From: Mizuhopecten yessoensis
Taxonomy: Eukaryota
DNA length: 64,000 bases
Assembly (NCBI RefSeq): GCF_002113885.1
Contig: NW_018408349.1
Span: 142,945-206,944, forward strand
Direction: 5' to 3'
Under the pieces are notes generated by a model. That model had not been told where the DNA came from and made no database searches. It saw only the letters and a list, made by a program, of their open reading frames with translations. Below, piece after piece: positions 22,680 through 33,799 of this stretch; the stretch's first letter is position 1, and every line of letters starts with the position of its first letter. The position numbers and the translations under genes were made by a program.

Positions 22680-24350
22680 GTGTTTGGTCTAAAGAAGTTC
22701 CACTGTACACAAAACCAGAGTGTCTGAACTAAAAGGGTTCCACTGTACACAAAACCAGTGTCTGGACTATAGAGGTTCCACTGTACATACCTACGTAAGT
22801 GTCTGGACTAACAAGGCTTTACTGTACATACCTATGTAAGTGTCAGGACTAACAAGGCTCTACTGTACATACCCATGCAAAGTGTCTGTACTAACAATGC
22901 TTTACTGTACATACCTATGTAAGTGTCTGGACTAACAAGGCTCTACTGTACATACCTACGCAAGTGTCTGGACTAACAAGGCTTTACTGTACATACCTAT
23001 GTAAGTGTCTGGACTAACCAGGCTCTACTGTACATAACTATGTAAGTGTCTGGACTAACAAGGCTTTACTGTACATACCTATGTAAGTGTCTGGACTAAC
23101 AAGGCTCTACTGTACATACCTATGTAAGTGTCTGGACTAACAAGGCTTTACTGTACATACCTATGTAAGTGTCTGGACTAACAAGGCTCTACTGTACATA
23201 CCTATGTAAGTGTCTGGACTAACAAGGCTCTACTGTACATACCTACGTAAGTGTCTGGACTAACAAGGCTTTACTGTACATACCTATGTAAGTGTCTGGA
23301 CTAACAAGGCTCTACTGTACATACCTACGTAAGTGTCTGGACTAACAAGGCTTTACTGTACATACCTATGTAAGTGTCTGGACTAACAAGGCTCTACTGT
23401 ACATACCTATGTAAGTGTCTGGACTAACAAGGCTCTACTGTACATACCTACGTAAGTGTCTGGACTAACAAGGCTTTACTGTACATACCTATGTAAGTGT
23501 CTGGACTAACAAGGCTCTACTGTACATACCTATGTAAGTGTCTGGACTAACAAGGCTCTACTGTACATACCTACGTAAGTGTCTGGACTAACAAGGCTTT
23601 ACTGTACATACCTATGTAAGTGTCTGGACTAACAAGGCTCTACTGTACATACCTATGTAAGTGTCTGGACTAACAAGGCTCTACTGTACATACCTACGTA
23701 AGTGTCTGGACTAACAAGGCTTTACTGTACATACCTATGTAAGTGTCTGGACTAACAAGGCTCTACTGTACATACCTATGTAAGTGTCTGGACTAACAAG
23801 GCTCTACTGTACATACCTACGTAAGTGTCTGGACTAACAAGGCTCTACTGTACATACCTATGTAAGTGTCTGGACTAACCAGGCTCTACTGTACATACCT
23901 ATGTAAGTGTCTGGACTAACAAGCCACTGCTGTACATACCTATGTAAGTGTCTAGACTAACAAGCCACTGCTGTACATACCTATGTAAGTGTCTGGACTA
24001 ACAAGGCTCTACTGTACATACCTATGTAAGTGTCTGGACTAACAAGGCTCTACTGTACATACCTATGTAAGTGTCTGGACTAACAAGGCTCTACTGTACA
24101 TACCTATGTAAGTGTCTGGACTAACAAGGCTCTACTGTACATACCTATGTAAGTGTCTGGACTAACAAGGCTCTACTGTACATACCTATGTAAGTGTCTG
24201 GACTAACAAGGCTCTACTGTACATACCTACGTAAGTGTCTGGACTAACAAGGCTCTACTGTACATACCTATGTAAGTGTCTGGACTAACAAGGCTTTACT
24301 GTACTTAACTATGTAAGTGTCTGGGCTTGAAAGGGTCCACTGTACACAGA
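22680..24350. repeat. 41-bp minisatellite (tactgtacatacctatgtaagtgtctggactaacaaggctc), ~38 copies, with a 123-bp higher-order period
   Basis: Direct tandem repetition; the tacg variant recurs every 123 bp between ~23327 and 23819. Confidence 0.97.
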
Positions 24351-25250
24351 AACCAATGTGTCTGGGAAAACTACCTTCTACGGTACGCAAAAATAGGTGT
24401 CTTGACTAACAAAGTTCTGATGTTCATTCCTTTGCAAGAGACAACATACAATATATAGGAATAACAAGTGAAGGGCCACATTAACACTAGGCAAACATGG
24501 ACTTTATCAGCAAAGAGTGAATATTTGGACTGGGTTTCCTGGAATATAGTAGTCGGATAATTCAAAATTTACATGACATTAACACTCATTCGTTGGTATG
24601 TTCACCGATGTCTTATACACTATTAATAACATTTCCCAGGATAGATATACTTGCATTAGAGTCAATCGTGAATTCATGTACCACTAGTGTTTATATAAGT
24701 TCCCTGTGAGAATATAATTTTTGTGAAAATGTTTTATACAACAATTTTAAAAAGGGATTTACACAAAAAATAAGAGTCACATTACTTGCAACTTTAAATT
24801 TGTATGATAAACAAATTGCGCTTCCAATAAATTGTGATAATCAAAATCTGAATATACAAACATAATTCTCTACAGGAATAATAAGACTGTCTGTTTGACT
24901 TTGTCTTTGTGACTGAAACCTGAGCATCATTTTTTGTTTCCTACTGTTCAAACACACGACAACTTGATATTACTCCCATGTGTCAGCCATTAGTACCGGT
25001 ATAACAAAGAAACATGAACACAGGATATGAAACCCCTGCGAAGCAGTTTTAGTTGTTGAATTTCTGGAATCTGTTTCCACACATAATGCCTTGAAATGTG
25101 ATGGTTCCTAACCTAACCTAACACATTCAACCCCGAAATTTTATAATGAACTAATCCAACTTTTGAATTGGAAGAGTTCAAATGTGTCTTCAGGGGTGAA
25201 TGAGTTAACATACTTCAGACTCGCCGAGCCTTTGGTGACACGTCAAATCA

Positions 25251-26279
25251 CTAGATACTTTTATCATAGGATTCCTCATCAGAACTCCAGGACCGAAGAG
25301 ATAATGTTCCTGCCCCGGAATAATCTGGATCCCGTCTGGACTTCCCTGGAAATTCAATGGGTGATGGTTTCGTGTTGGCAAGGACGTCGTCCTGTGTGAG
25401 ATTAATGTCGGAGCCCTGGGAGCCAGCTGAACTTGCTAAACTGCCATCACCTTTGGCAAAAAAGGCTCTCTGGATCTCGGAGTCGAGGAAACAGAAACAC
25501 AAGGATGCAGCCAGACCAATCACACCCCACGATGCTACCACCAACACATCATGTGTTTGGGAATCAAATGCACGTACTGAAATGGGAATTTCCGCCAGAA
25601 GTGCGACAATGATAAATACACTCACAAGGTTATTCTTCTCTTTAATGTTAGGAACATGCCCCGACAGAACAAGCAGTGTCTCCGGTCGTTCCCACCAAAT
25701 GTAGAAATAGTTAGCTCCGAGAAAAAATAACGTTCCCATGAGAAGGAACGCATGATCCACAAATTCAAAAATATTGAGGATGTGTGCGGTACCACCGCGC
25801 CAACACTCGTCAGTTTGGTAGAAGTCTGTAGAATAAAAGGATACTGAATAAAACAGAATGGGCAAGACGGGAGCACACCAGTTGGTCAAGCACAAACAAC
25901 CATTACATCTTCCTCCCATACCATCAGACTTGGTCTTGAGCACTGTGTAGTAATATCCTGCGATGATGGCCACCTTGATCCAGGCTAAACAGGTTGTCAC
26001 CTCAATACACAGGCGCAGGGTCCAACACAGGACGTTCTGATCCTCCATTGGGAAATGGTAGCAAATTTCAAAAACGAGACGGAATAAGTATTGCAGTAAT
26101 GTCCAAACGAAAATAATTTTCATCTGTTGATACCGAAATCCAAATAAACGCCTGGAACATCTGCACAGAATTGCTAGACTGACCATCTGTATGAATGCCA
26201 CCAGTATGAGGAAGACATAGCTGATGACACTGTACCACTGGAGAATCATGGCTGGACACCAGTGTAACGGTATAATCAC
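25251..26279 (-). CDS. Class B (secretin-family)-like 7TM GPCR, single coding exon; first ATG at 26252 (333 aa)
   Basis: Seven hydrophobic segments; RRLFGFR in ICL1, Cys at the TM3 start, W.AP in TM4, CW in ECL2, and GLAASLCFCFLDSEIQ matching the class B TM7 G..V....CFLN.EVQ motif. The start is uncertain (the ORF track begins at GTG). Confidence 0.7.
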   Translation of the reverse strand: MIIPLHWCPAMILQWYSVISYVFLILVAFIQMVSLAILCRCSRRLFGFRYQQMKIIFVWTLLQYLFRLVFEICYHFPMEDQNVLCWTLRLCIEVTTCLAWIKVAIIAGYYYTVLKTKSDGMGGRCNGCLCLTNWCAPVLPILFYSVSFYSTDFYQTDECWRGGTAHILNIFEFVDHAFLLMGTLFFLGANYFYIWWERPETLLVLSGHVPNIKEKNNLVSVFIIVALLAEIPISVRAFDSQTHDVLVVASWGVIGLAASLCFCFLDSEIQRAFFAKGDGSLASSAGSQGSDINLTQDDVLANTKPSPIEFPGKSRRDPDYSGAGTLSLRSWSSDEESYDKSI

Positions 26280-27508
26280 GATATAAGGATGTACCTTCCA
26301 GTTCCACAGCTCTGGTATGCTTCCTGTTTAGAGGGTCTATAAAGTATTTCCTACACACGACAGGTTACATACATATTTTATATGTAAACACAGAACAGCA
26401 GCTCTCCGCTACTGTAATTGAGAAGAGTAGTACAGATCTGATAAGAATCAATATGTATGGTATACAGTTCTTGTCAACAGTAAACAGTCTCCATCCTTCA
26501 CGCGCCACTGACCTCGCTGAGTTGAGTCATACAAGTGTTCGTGTAAAATATATGCAACTATGTGATGTCAACAGTTCCAGTAGTGTTAGCTATTTAGCGG
26601 TTAGCTGAAGCTGCAGTCTGGGCAGATTGAAGCCATATCTTCTTCCTTACTATCGGTTAGAAACCACACATGCCATTCAATTGTAACCCCGTGTCGGAAC
26701 GGTCTTCAGGCAGGACGTTGTGTGTGTAATGGCACATAGAATATTCCAGTGCCCGAATTTAGCATAATTGATGCTCCTGACGTCAAAAGCAGCCTATTAT
26801 ATTATGTGTACGGGCAATTTTTACACCGGTGCCAACTCGCCCCGGATCAATAATACGTGTCTTCGTATGCGTTACATGCAATTTTCAAATGAACCTGTTC
26901 ATAGGACTAGCGAATAAAATACCCAGATCTCGTGTTCTTACAAGATAAATATTGTTATGCCACCAAATAATCAAACACTTCAGTAGGTCGTCCCATTTAT
27001 TGCATTAATAGGCCTAACTTGTGTTAATATTAGTATGCAATACTCTGAACAACTGTCCGTTCCATTCTCACCATATATATATGCGTCCACGTCTCACCTG
27101 AATTCAGTTTATAGGATATTTTGAAGTTCAGTTTATATATATATAATTACACATTGTCGGATTATTCAGGGTTTGGTTTCGACCCGCTTAGGTTTTGCAA
27201 TTCAATACATTGTGTGGGCAAAAATCAGAATGTTGTATTCCAAAAATATTTACAGTTGTATGCAGTATTTAATTTTGATAGATTAACATTTTCCTACAAA
27301 CTTTTTGTAATGTATACGCTAGCTCGTTCTCTTTGACGCCGGTCGCTGATGATCCCATTTACGCAGCAATTGAATACGGTAAAGTGGAAAAAATGTGATT
27401 TTTAGCCCTATTCAAATCACCCTGCGTCCGTGGTCCATCGTCCGTCCTTAAACAATTGTTATCGGTATTTCTCAAGAAGTACCAGAGGCATCTTTCTAAA
27501 ATTTTAGA

Positions 27509-27984
27509 TTAGTTCTTTTTTATTGCGTTTCTGACACCGTGATAAATAAGGAAATTAGTACGAATATTAAATTTTTCTATGAATTCTGGATAGCTGTAAA
27601 AAAATCCGTTGCTATTTTCTTTAACTACGTCATTAATTAGTATTACCCCTTTCCTATACCAATCCCTGTAAAAAATGCTCTTATTTTCTATCGTTACTAA
27701 ACTATTGTACCAAATGGGTGTTTTAAGAGCATTATTATTCTTATTCACAAAACATTCTGTTTTACTTGGAAAGCTTACTCCAACTTAATAGAACATCTTT
27801 CCAAAAGAAGTTTTTACAAGTGTTTTGGCATTTTAAAATACAATCTGTGCCACAATTTGCAAAAATATTTGTATTTCCAAAAGTTTTGAAAATTGATTGC
27901 CATTCCCTTTACTTGTAAACAGCCGTCGAATCCATGTAAGCTTTAAAGATTCAATAAAAGATTGTAACTTTATCATTTTCAGGC
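27509..27984 (-). mobile_element. L1/Tx1-clade LINE ORF2 fragment (inverted 5' piece)
   Basis: LKMIKLQSFIESLKLTWIRRL and PIWYNS.V.IENKSIFYRDWYRKGV..IND...TNFLIYHGV motifs, with frameshifts. Confidence 0.8.
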
Positions 27985-28689
27985 NGGGGGTTGCTAAGGA
28001 AATCCGCCATCTTGGATCCAAGATGGCGCCTTACCAACCCCCTTAACCATAGACCTAAATTAACTTTAGGTCTCTGCCTTAACCTACGGCACCAGATCTA
28101 CATCTATTCATCATGTGGGGTTTTTTTGTGTGACGTCATCAATTTTAGTGTTACTAACTGAATTATCTTCCCCTGTTTTCAAAAGGTGTGTTTTTAGTGT
28201 GACGTCATTTTGACGGAATTAACTCCCTTTGTTTCTGACTTTTTACCTTCTGATTTCAGGTATTGCTTCCATGGACGGTCTCTCTCTCTCTCTCTCTCTC
28301 TCTCTGTGATGCTTGACGGACCTGCGAACCCTTGTAGTACAAGAAAGAACGCATACATTAATGAAAATCGCTATTACTTGTACATTGTTTTCAATAGGTG
28401 TGCGTATTGCGTATGACATCATCAATATGGCATTTACCGACGGAATTAGCTCCCCTTGTTTCTAACTTTCTAGTGTTTTGGAGTGTGGTATTAAATTGAG
28501 ATGAATTTTTTTTTCGTGTAGGAAGTGAGTGTGTCGGTGCTGTAGCAGGTGTTGTTGCGTCCTTGTTTGAACAAAAAATAATAGTTAACGCGTAGACAAT
28601 TCACAATGATAAATTAGCTGACGGTATAATAAAAGAGTGAAGTAAGTTATTCTATTTGGACGATTAATATTCTTACAGGGTAGCGTGTA

Positions 28690-29260
28690 ATACTGAATAC
28701 TGGGAAAAGGAAATGGGAAGCAATGTTTGATTTTGATGAAGAAATATGGAGGAAAATATACTTAACACCATTCAAAATTTGTAAAAATACAAAATTTTAA
28801 TGGCTTCAACTTCGAATAAATCAATATATTCTAACTACAAATTCATATCTTTATAAAATAGGCCTAGTCGATAGTCCATTCTGCAGTCGTTGTAATACTG
28901 AGAATGAAACGATAGTTCATGCATTATGGGAATGTGAAAAAGTACAGTTGTTTTTGACAAATTTTGAATTTTTGCTAGATTTATTATTCATTCCCTTCAA
29001 TTACAACAAGGAATCTTTTATCTTTGGATTTTATGAGGGAAAAACACAATGTTGATAACTTAATTATTTTAGTTATGAAGCAATATTTGTATAACACAAG
29101 ATTCCAGGAAAAGAGCCTGTCTTTATCAGCTTTGAAAACTGTATTAAAAAAAAATACACACACAAAAATATATAGCTACTGGTAAAGGGGAAAATTATCT
29201 TACCATCTTTAAGAATGAATGGAAAAAATGGGAAAGATTACTGGTCTCTACATAAAATAT
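28690..29260 (+). mobile_element. L1/Tx1-clade LINE ORF2 3' fragment (zf-RVT region)
   Basis: WEKE...IWRKIY..PFKICKNTK..WLQLRINQYILTTNSYLYKIGLVDSPFCSRCNTENETIVHALWEC, with stops. Confidence 0.8.
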
Positions 29261-31358
29261 AGAAATACTTAGATGTTTCATTCTCTGTTTAACATTATAA
29301 GAGATATGTGATTTCCATGTCTGTCCTCAGCATAGACTTGTTTGCCTGGTGATCACCTCTTATATTGTAACTGATATCTTAACTTGGTAAACTTTATGAA
29401 TATGATAGGAAGTTGTATTTTTCTGTAAGAGTTATTGCCCTTCGTTATCTCATTGCTCTCAACAAAACTTGGTATGTCTTGCTAGTATGACTTGTAGTAT
29501 CTTAAGTACAATGTAGCATTGTTCCTTATTGAACATTTTCTCAGGAATTTTTATACATTTTACTTTTTATACAAGAATCTAAGTCTTGAATGTGGTGTAC
29601 TTTGCCTTAACATGGTTCAGAATCATATACTATGATTCAGTCTCAAGTTGGGTGAATCTTGGTATGAGTTACTATCAATGCCATATTTTTATATCCTCTA
29701 TAGTGATATCTATATTCTACAAATGTTTACAATATATATGTGTATGGAAATATAGTTGATACAAACATTGGTCAACGTCCCTGGCAATATTAATATTAAT
29801 ATAATATTATAATACAAATAACAATAACGTTAGACTTTACTCATAAACGAGTTATTTCTTTTAATAAATATTAAATATAAATATTTGTCACGTCAGCATG
29901 TCCCTCTTCTCCCTCTTATTCAAGTTCTCTTTCTCTATGTTGATTCTATTCTTCCTTTAATTCTTCCATCTCTCGTTCTTTTCATTCTTAAAAACAGTTC
30001 CTATCACAATTATATGCAGTTACACTATTAACTACATATTGTTTTTATGTATCTTTAATATAGTGTTGATTTTTTGCTAATGACTAGAAATGGAGTGAGT
30101 GTGTGTATGTGTATGGAAAAATGAATTGTAAATGTATTATGTACTGTTAAAAAATCTTCAACAAAAAAGAAAATAATCAAAAAAAGAGGTAGGAACAGCA
30201 GATAAGTGTGTATCATTGCGATAATGAATGATTTTGTATGCAAGTATTCAAGTTGCCAGGTTCACGAGGATGTTGGACAACATGTAATGTATATTATATA
30301 AGTGTGAAATCTGGTGATTATCAATATAAATTTGTGGTTTTGTAAGGTATCCACTAGTTCAATACATGTATAAAATCCACGATTTGTCCTTCACAGATCT
30401 CAATTAATATTCATATGTAATATTTATGAAGTGCAGCGTTTCCAGAGTGATTTCTTGTCATTGTCATAAATTGTTAAGGTTCTATTCAACGTTAACATGA
30501 CTGATGGTTTGTTGTTCTTTTTATAGTTAAAGTTATAGTTTATAAGTTGGGCTTGACGTCTAATCAACACATAATTAGTGTTTTGCGGACTAGTACAGAT
30601 ATGGAGGATGAGACAGATAAGGCAGGAAAAGAGAAAGAACCTACATTGGTGGAAAAGTGATGGGATCGTGAGGATTTATCCTGATAAATGTTCAGTTTGA
30701 TATTGTGGAAGACACATCAAAAACGGCTGCATTGACAAGAAAGGGTATTTCAAATGTTCCTCATAACGTCCTGAATACTGTACAATGTTGTTTTACTTTT
30801 CAGGCGGCCCCATTACGCAATGTAGTCGCCTTGAATTTTATCAGGCATTGCCAATTCCCTCAGGTGTTAGTATGCGACGTTTTCGTGTTTTCAAGTTTCC
30901 TGCTCTTAGGATAGCAAAGAAAGTGACCAGGGAAGAACAGTAGAGACGAGAATTGATTCGGGGAGGAATTAAGGGTATTTTACACCTAGTAAAGAACTAA
31001 TTTTAATTATTGAACATAACTTTATATTTTAAAATTAAGCATGAAATAAATAATCAATGTTTAATGTGTGCCTGAATCATCCGAGCTACCCCGTTCCCTC
31101 CCTTCTTTCTATCTCTCTCTGTTATAGTTAAAAGTCAGGTTGTATATACGTTTAAATGTTTTTGTACTGATCTTTTCCGATGCTGACGGCACAAGAGAAA
31201 CGGATATTCAAGGACGAACGGAATGACAAGGAGGTAGCAAACCAAGGCACGGGAGTGATGGACAATAGTACAAGCAGAATGTATAGGAAAGTGTATATTG
31301 TCAACTTCTGCCATCAGTGTCGGAAAAGATTGTCCACATTATGAAAAAATACATTTTT

Positions 31359-31362
<4 letters not shown>

Positions 31363-31414
<52 letters not shown>

Positions 31415-31565
31415 GATATGTACAAATGGTTGTGTATATTGTATATGCCATCTTGAATTTTGTAAGTATATACAGATGTTTTATTTTAGGGAAAGGGCTT
31501 TAAATAAGTCGTACAACTTGTGCCCAATCCTGTTGCTATAAATGCAAGAAAATATGTTTAAATCA
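31363..31565 (+). mobile_element. 3' tail remnant of a LINE related to the 51848-56845 element, with a (CT)n tract
   Basis: gggaaagggc..taagt...aacttgtgcccaatcc...atgtttaaat matches the 56763-56838 tail. Confidence 0.65.
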
Positions 31566-33578
31566 AAATAATCCCACCTATGTTTTTCCACATCAGAAGG
31601 CATGTCTTTCAAAATTGACAAGAGATATTCTGCATCCTCCTCGGCGGTTAAATTCCCAACAGCCCGCCTTACGTCTCTCTCTAGACAAAGAATTCTATGG
31701 AAAGAATGAAGATTAGATTGGTGCTGCTTTATCCAATCAATAACGGTTATTAGGACATTTGATCTTATTCTGTGGTGCAAAATGTCCGTCATCTGTCCCA
31801 ATAACTTTTGTTTAAATGCCTTTTTCAACAGTCAATAAATAAACTGATTTTGACCAAACTTTGTAGTGAAGTATCATTGGGTGTATAGGTGTTTGTATTT
31901 ACCTAACGAAGGCATTTAAGGAAATCGGAGAAAAAAAATGAAAAAATATGACTTTTTGAAGTTCCCAAAAAATAGAGCATTTCCCAGTGAAAATTAATTA
32001 TAAAAATTCTAAATTGCGTTCCGACACCACTTTTAAGGCTCTGGAAAAAAAAAAAATATATCAAAACTGCCATGTTCAATTCCAATTAAATGAAGATTTG
32101 TTTATTCTTATTGAAAAAAAACCCAGACGTGAATAACCGATTTCCACATTACTTAGAAGAAACATATGATGTAGAAATCGGTTATTGTCTGTCTTTTTTT
32201 CAATATATTATTAGTCATAACATTTGTATTTATTTTAAATATCAAAGGCATCAACTATGAAACGATTTTTCTGATTGGCCAGTGCATTTACCATTGTAAC
32301 GCGTTAGATGTGAATTTTAACGAGTAAGAAGTGACTTTTAACGAGTTAAAAATATTTTAACGTGTAACTTTTACATTTGAAAAAGTAACGCGTGACAAGT
32401 GATTTTTAACGCGTTAAATGCACTTCTAACGCGTTGAAAGTAAGTTTTAACGCGTTAAAAGTCACTTCTAACGCGTTACTTTTTTAACGCGTTACTGTAT
32501 ATCGTTTTTTGCCCGAACCGCCACCCATATACATTCTTATATTCTCTTTATCCATATAATCTATTGATATTCGCGTGTGAATATTTTCGTGCTAATTTTA
32601 TTCAATGTATAAATCATGAACGTATTCTGAAGGTACGTCACATGAAACTCCCTTGACCCCGGGATTAATCTCTGTTTTGTAGGGGCTCGTAAAATATTTC
32701 CTTTCAGTTGGCGTCACCAAGCTTTAGGACGATTGAGTACGTCACAGGGTTGGGGAGCTCACACAATATATTGTAAATGTGTAGTATGGTGACATTGACC
32801 TTTGATATAAAATGCTGACACGTGAACAATGAAGTGAAACTTATTTCTTCGTTTGCGCATTAATTGGCCAACTAATACAAAATGGTAACATACTTAATGC
32901 GTGTTTTACTATTAACTAAAGGAATTCTTAACAACTGACCATTGACGACTTATACCCTATTTTATGCGTTTTGTTCTCATTAATTGCAGGATATTTTAAC
33001 ATCGAACCAAAATGTTCATTCCAAAGGGATTTTATCTTTTTCTCTGAACTGGAAATTCAGATAACTATTTGTTGTGTTATTGTGCAATAGCGCTACATTT
33101 TCTCTGTCGGGTGTATAAAAAGAGCCACGAACTGGTTCGCATTCAAAGAAAGAATGAGAACTATTAAAACTAGTTCGTACGTTTGCTCCTAAAATCCTAA
33201 CGACACAATTCCGAGAAGTATAATTCTATATTTGTATCACGGACACTGACATAAGACGTGTAATTTAGTGTGAAGTTCAAAGTTGTACCTTAAACTATTT
33301 GGATATTGGCATGTAGACTGTAATTCCAACAAAGCCAATGCGCAGAATAATTAAGTATGCTGCAATATGTTAACCTGAGTTATATTTAAAGTTGTTTCCG
33401 ATAAACGATCGAGACACTTCTATCAACACCGAGTGCCTCATTAATCTCCCGTATGAACTACCGAAAACGGTCTACAGGAATATACCTCGCCTGACTCTCT
33501 CCAAGACTTCTCATCTACTTTTCGTCTAGAATTACCAAGTCTAGTATAGAAGAAGATATGCCGTCATTGTCTATAGTA

Positions 33579-33680
33579 CCAGTCCAGTCAACAGTTCTAA
33601 AAGTGAAGTGAGACAACAAGAAATACCAGATTTCGAGTTGAAATGGAGCAAGGAAGTAAGGTACATAAAATTGATATCTT
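33579..33680 (+). pseudogene. Diverged copy of the PPP1R15 large-exon 3' end (SPVNSSKSEVRQQEIPDFELKWSKE) with donor sites
   Basis: Ungapped by-eye alignment of 56/72 nt to the gene (SPTNGCESDKRQQEILDVNLKWS), followed by taag|gtacat as in the gene. In-frame TAG upstream at 33542. Confidence 0.7.
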
Positions 33681-33799
33681 AGTCTGGTTTACGTTATTTA
33701 CTTCCTTACCACATACAGTTATACTTATATCTCCACAAGACAGTAACATCGCCCTGCCCTTTATCTTCACTACCCGTTAAACCAGTCTTTTTGAACATA

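Noticed and set aside
22680-24350. CRISPR-like appearance of regular repeats (also 13930-14990)
   Set aside because: No unique spacers, no cas genes, eukaryotic context.
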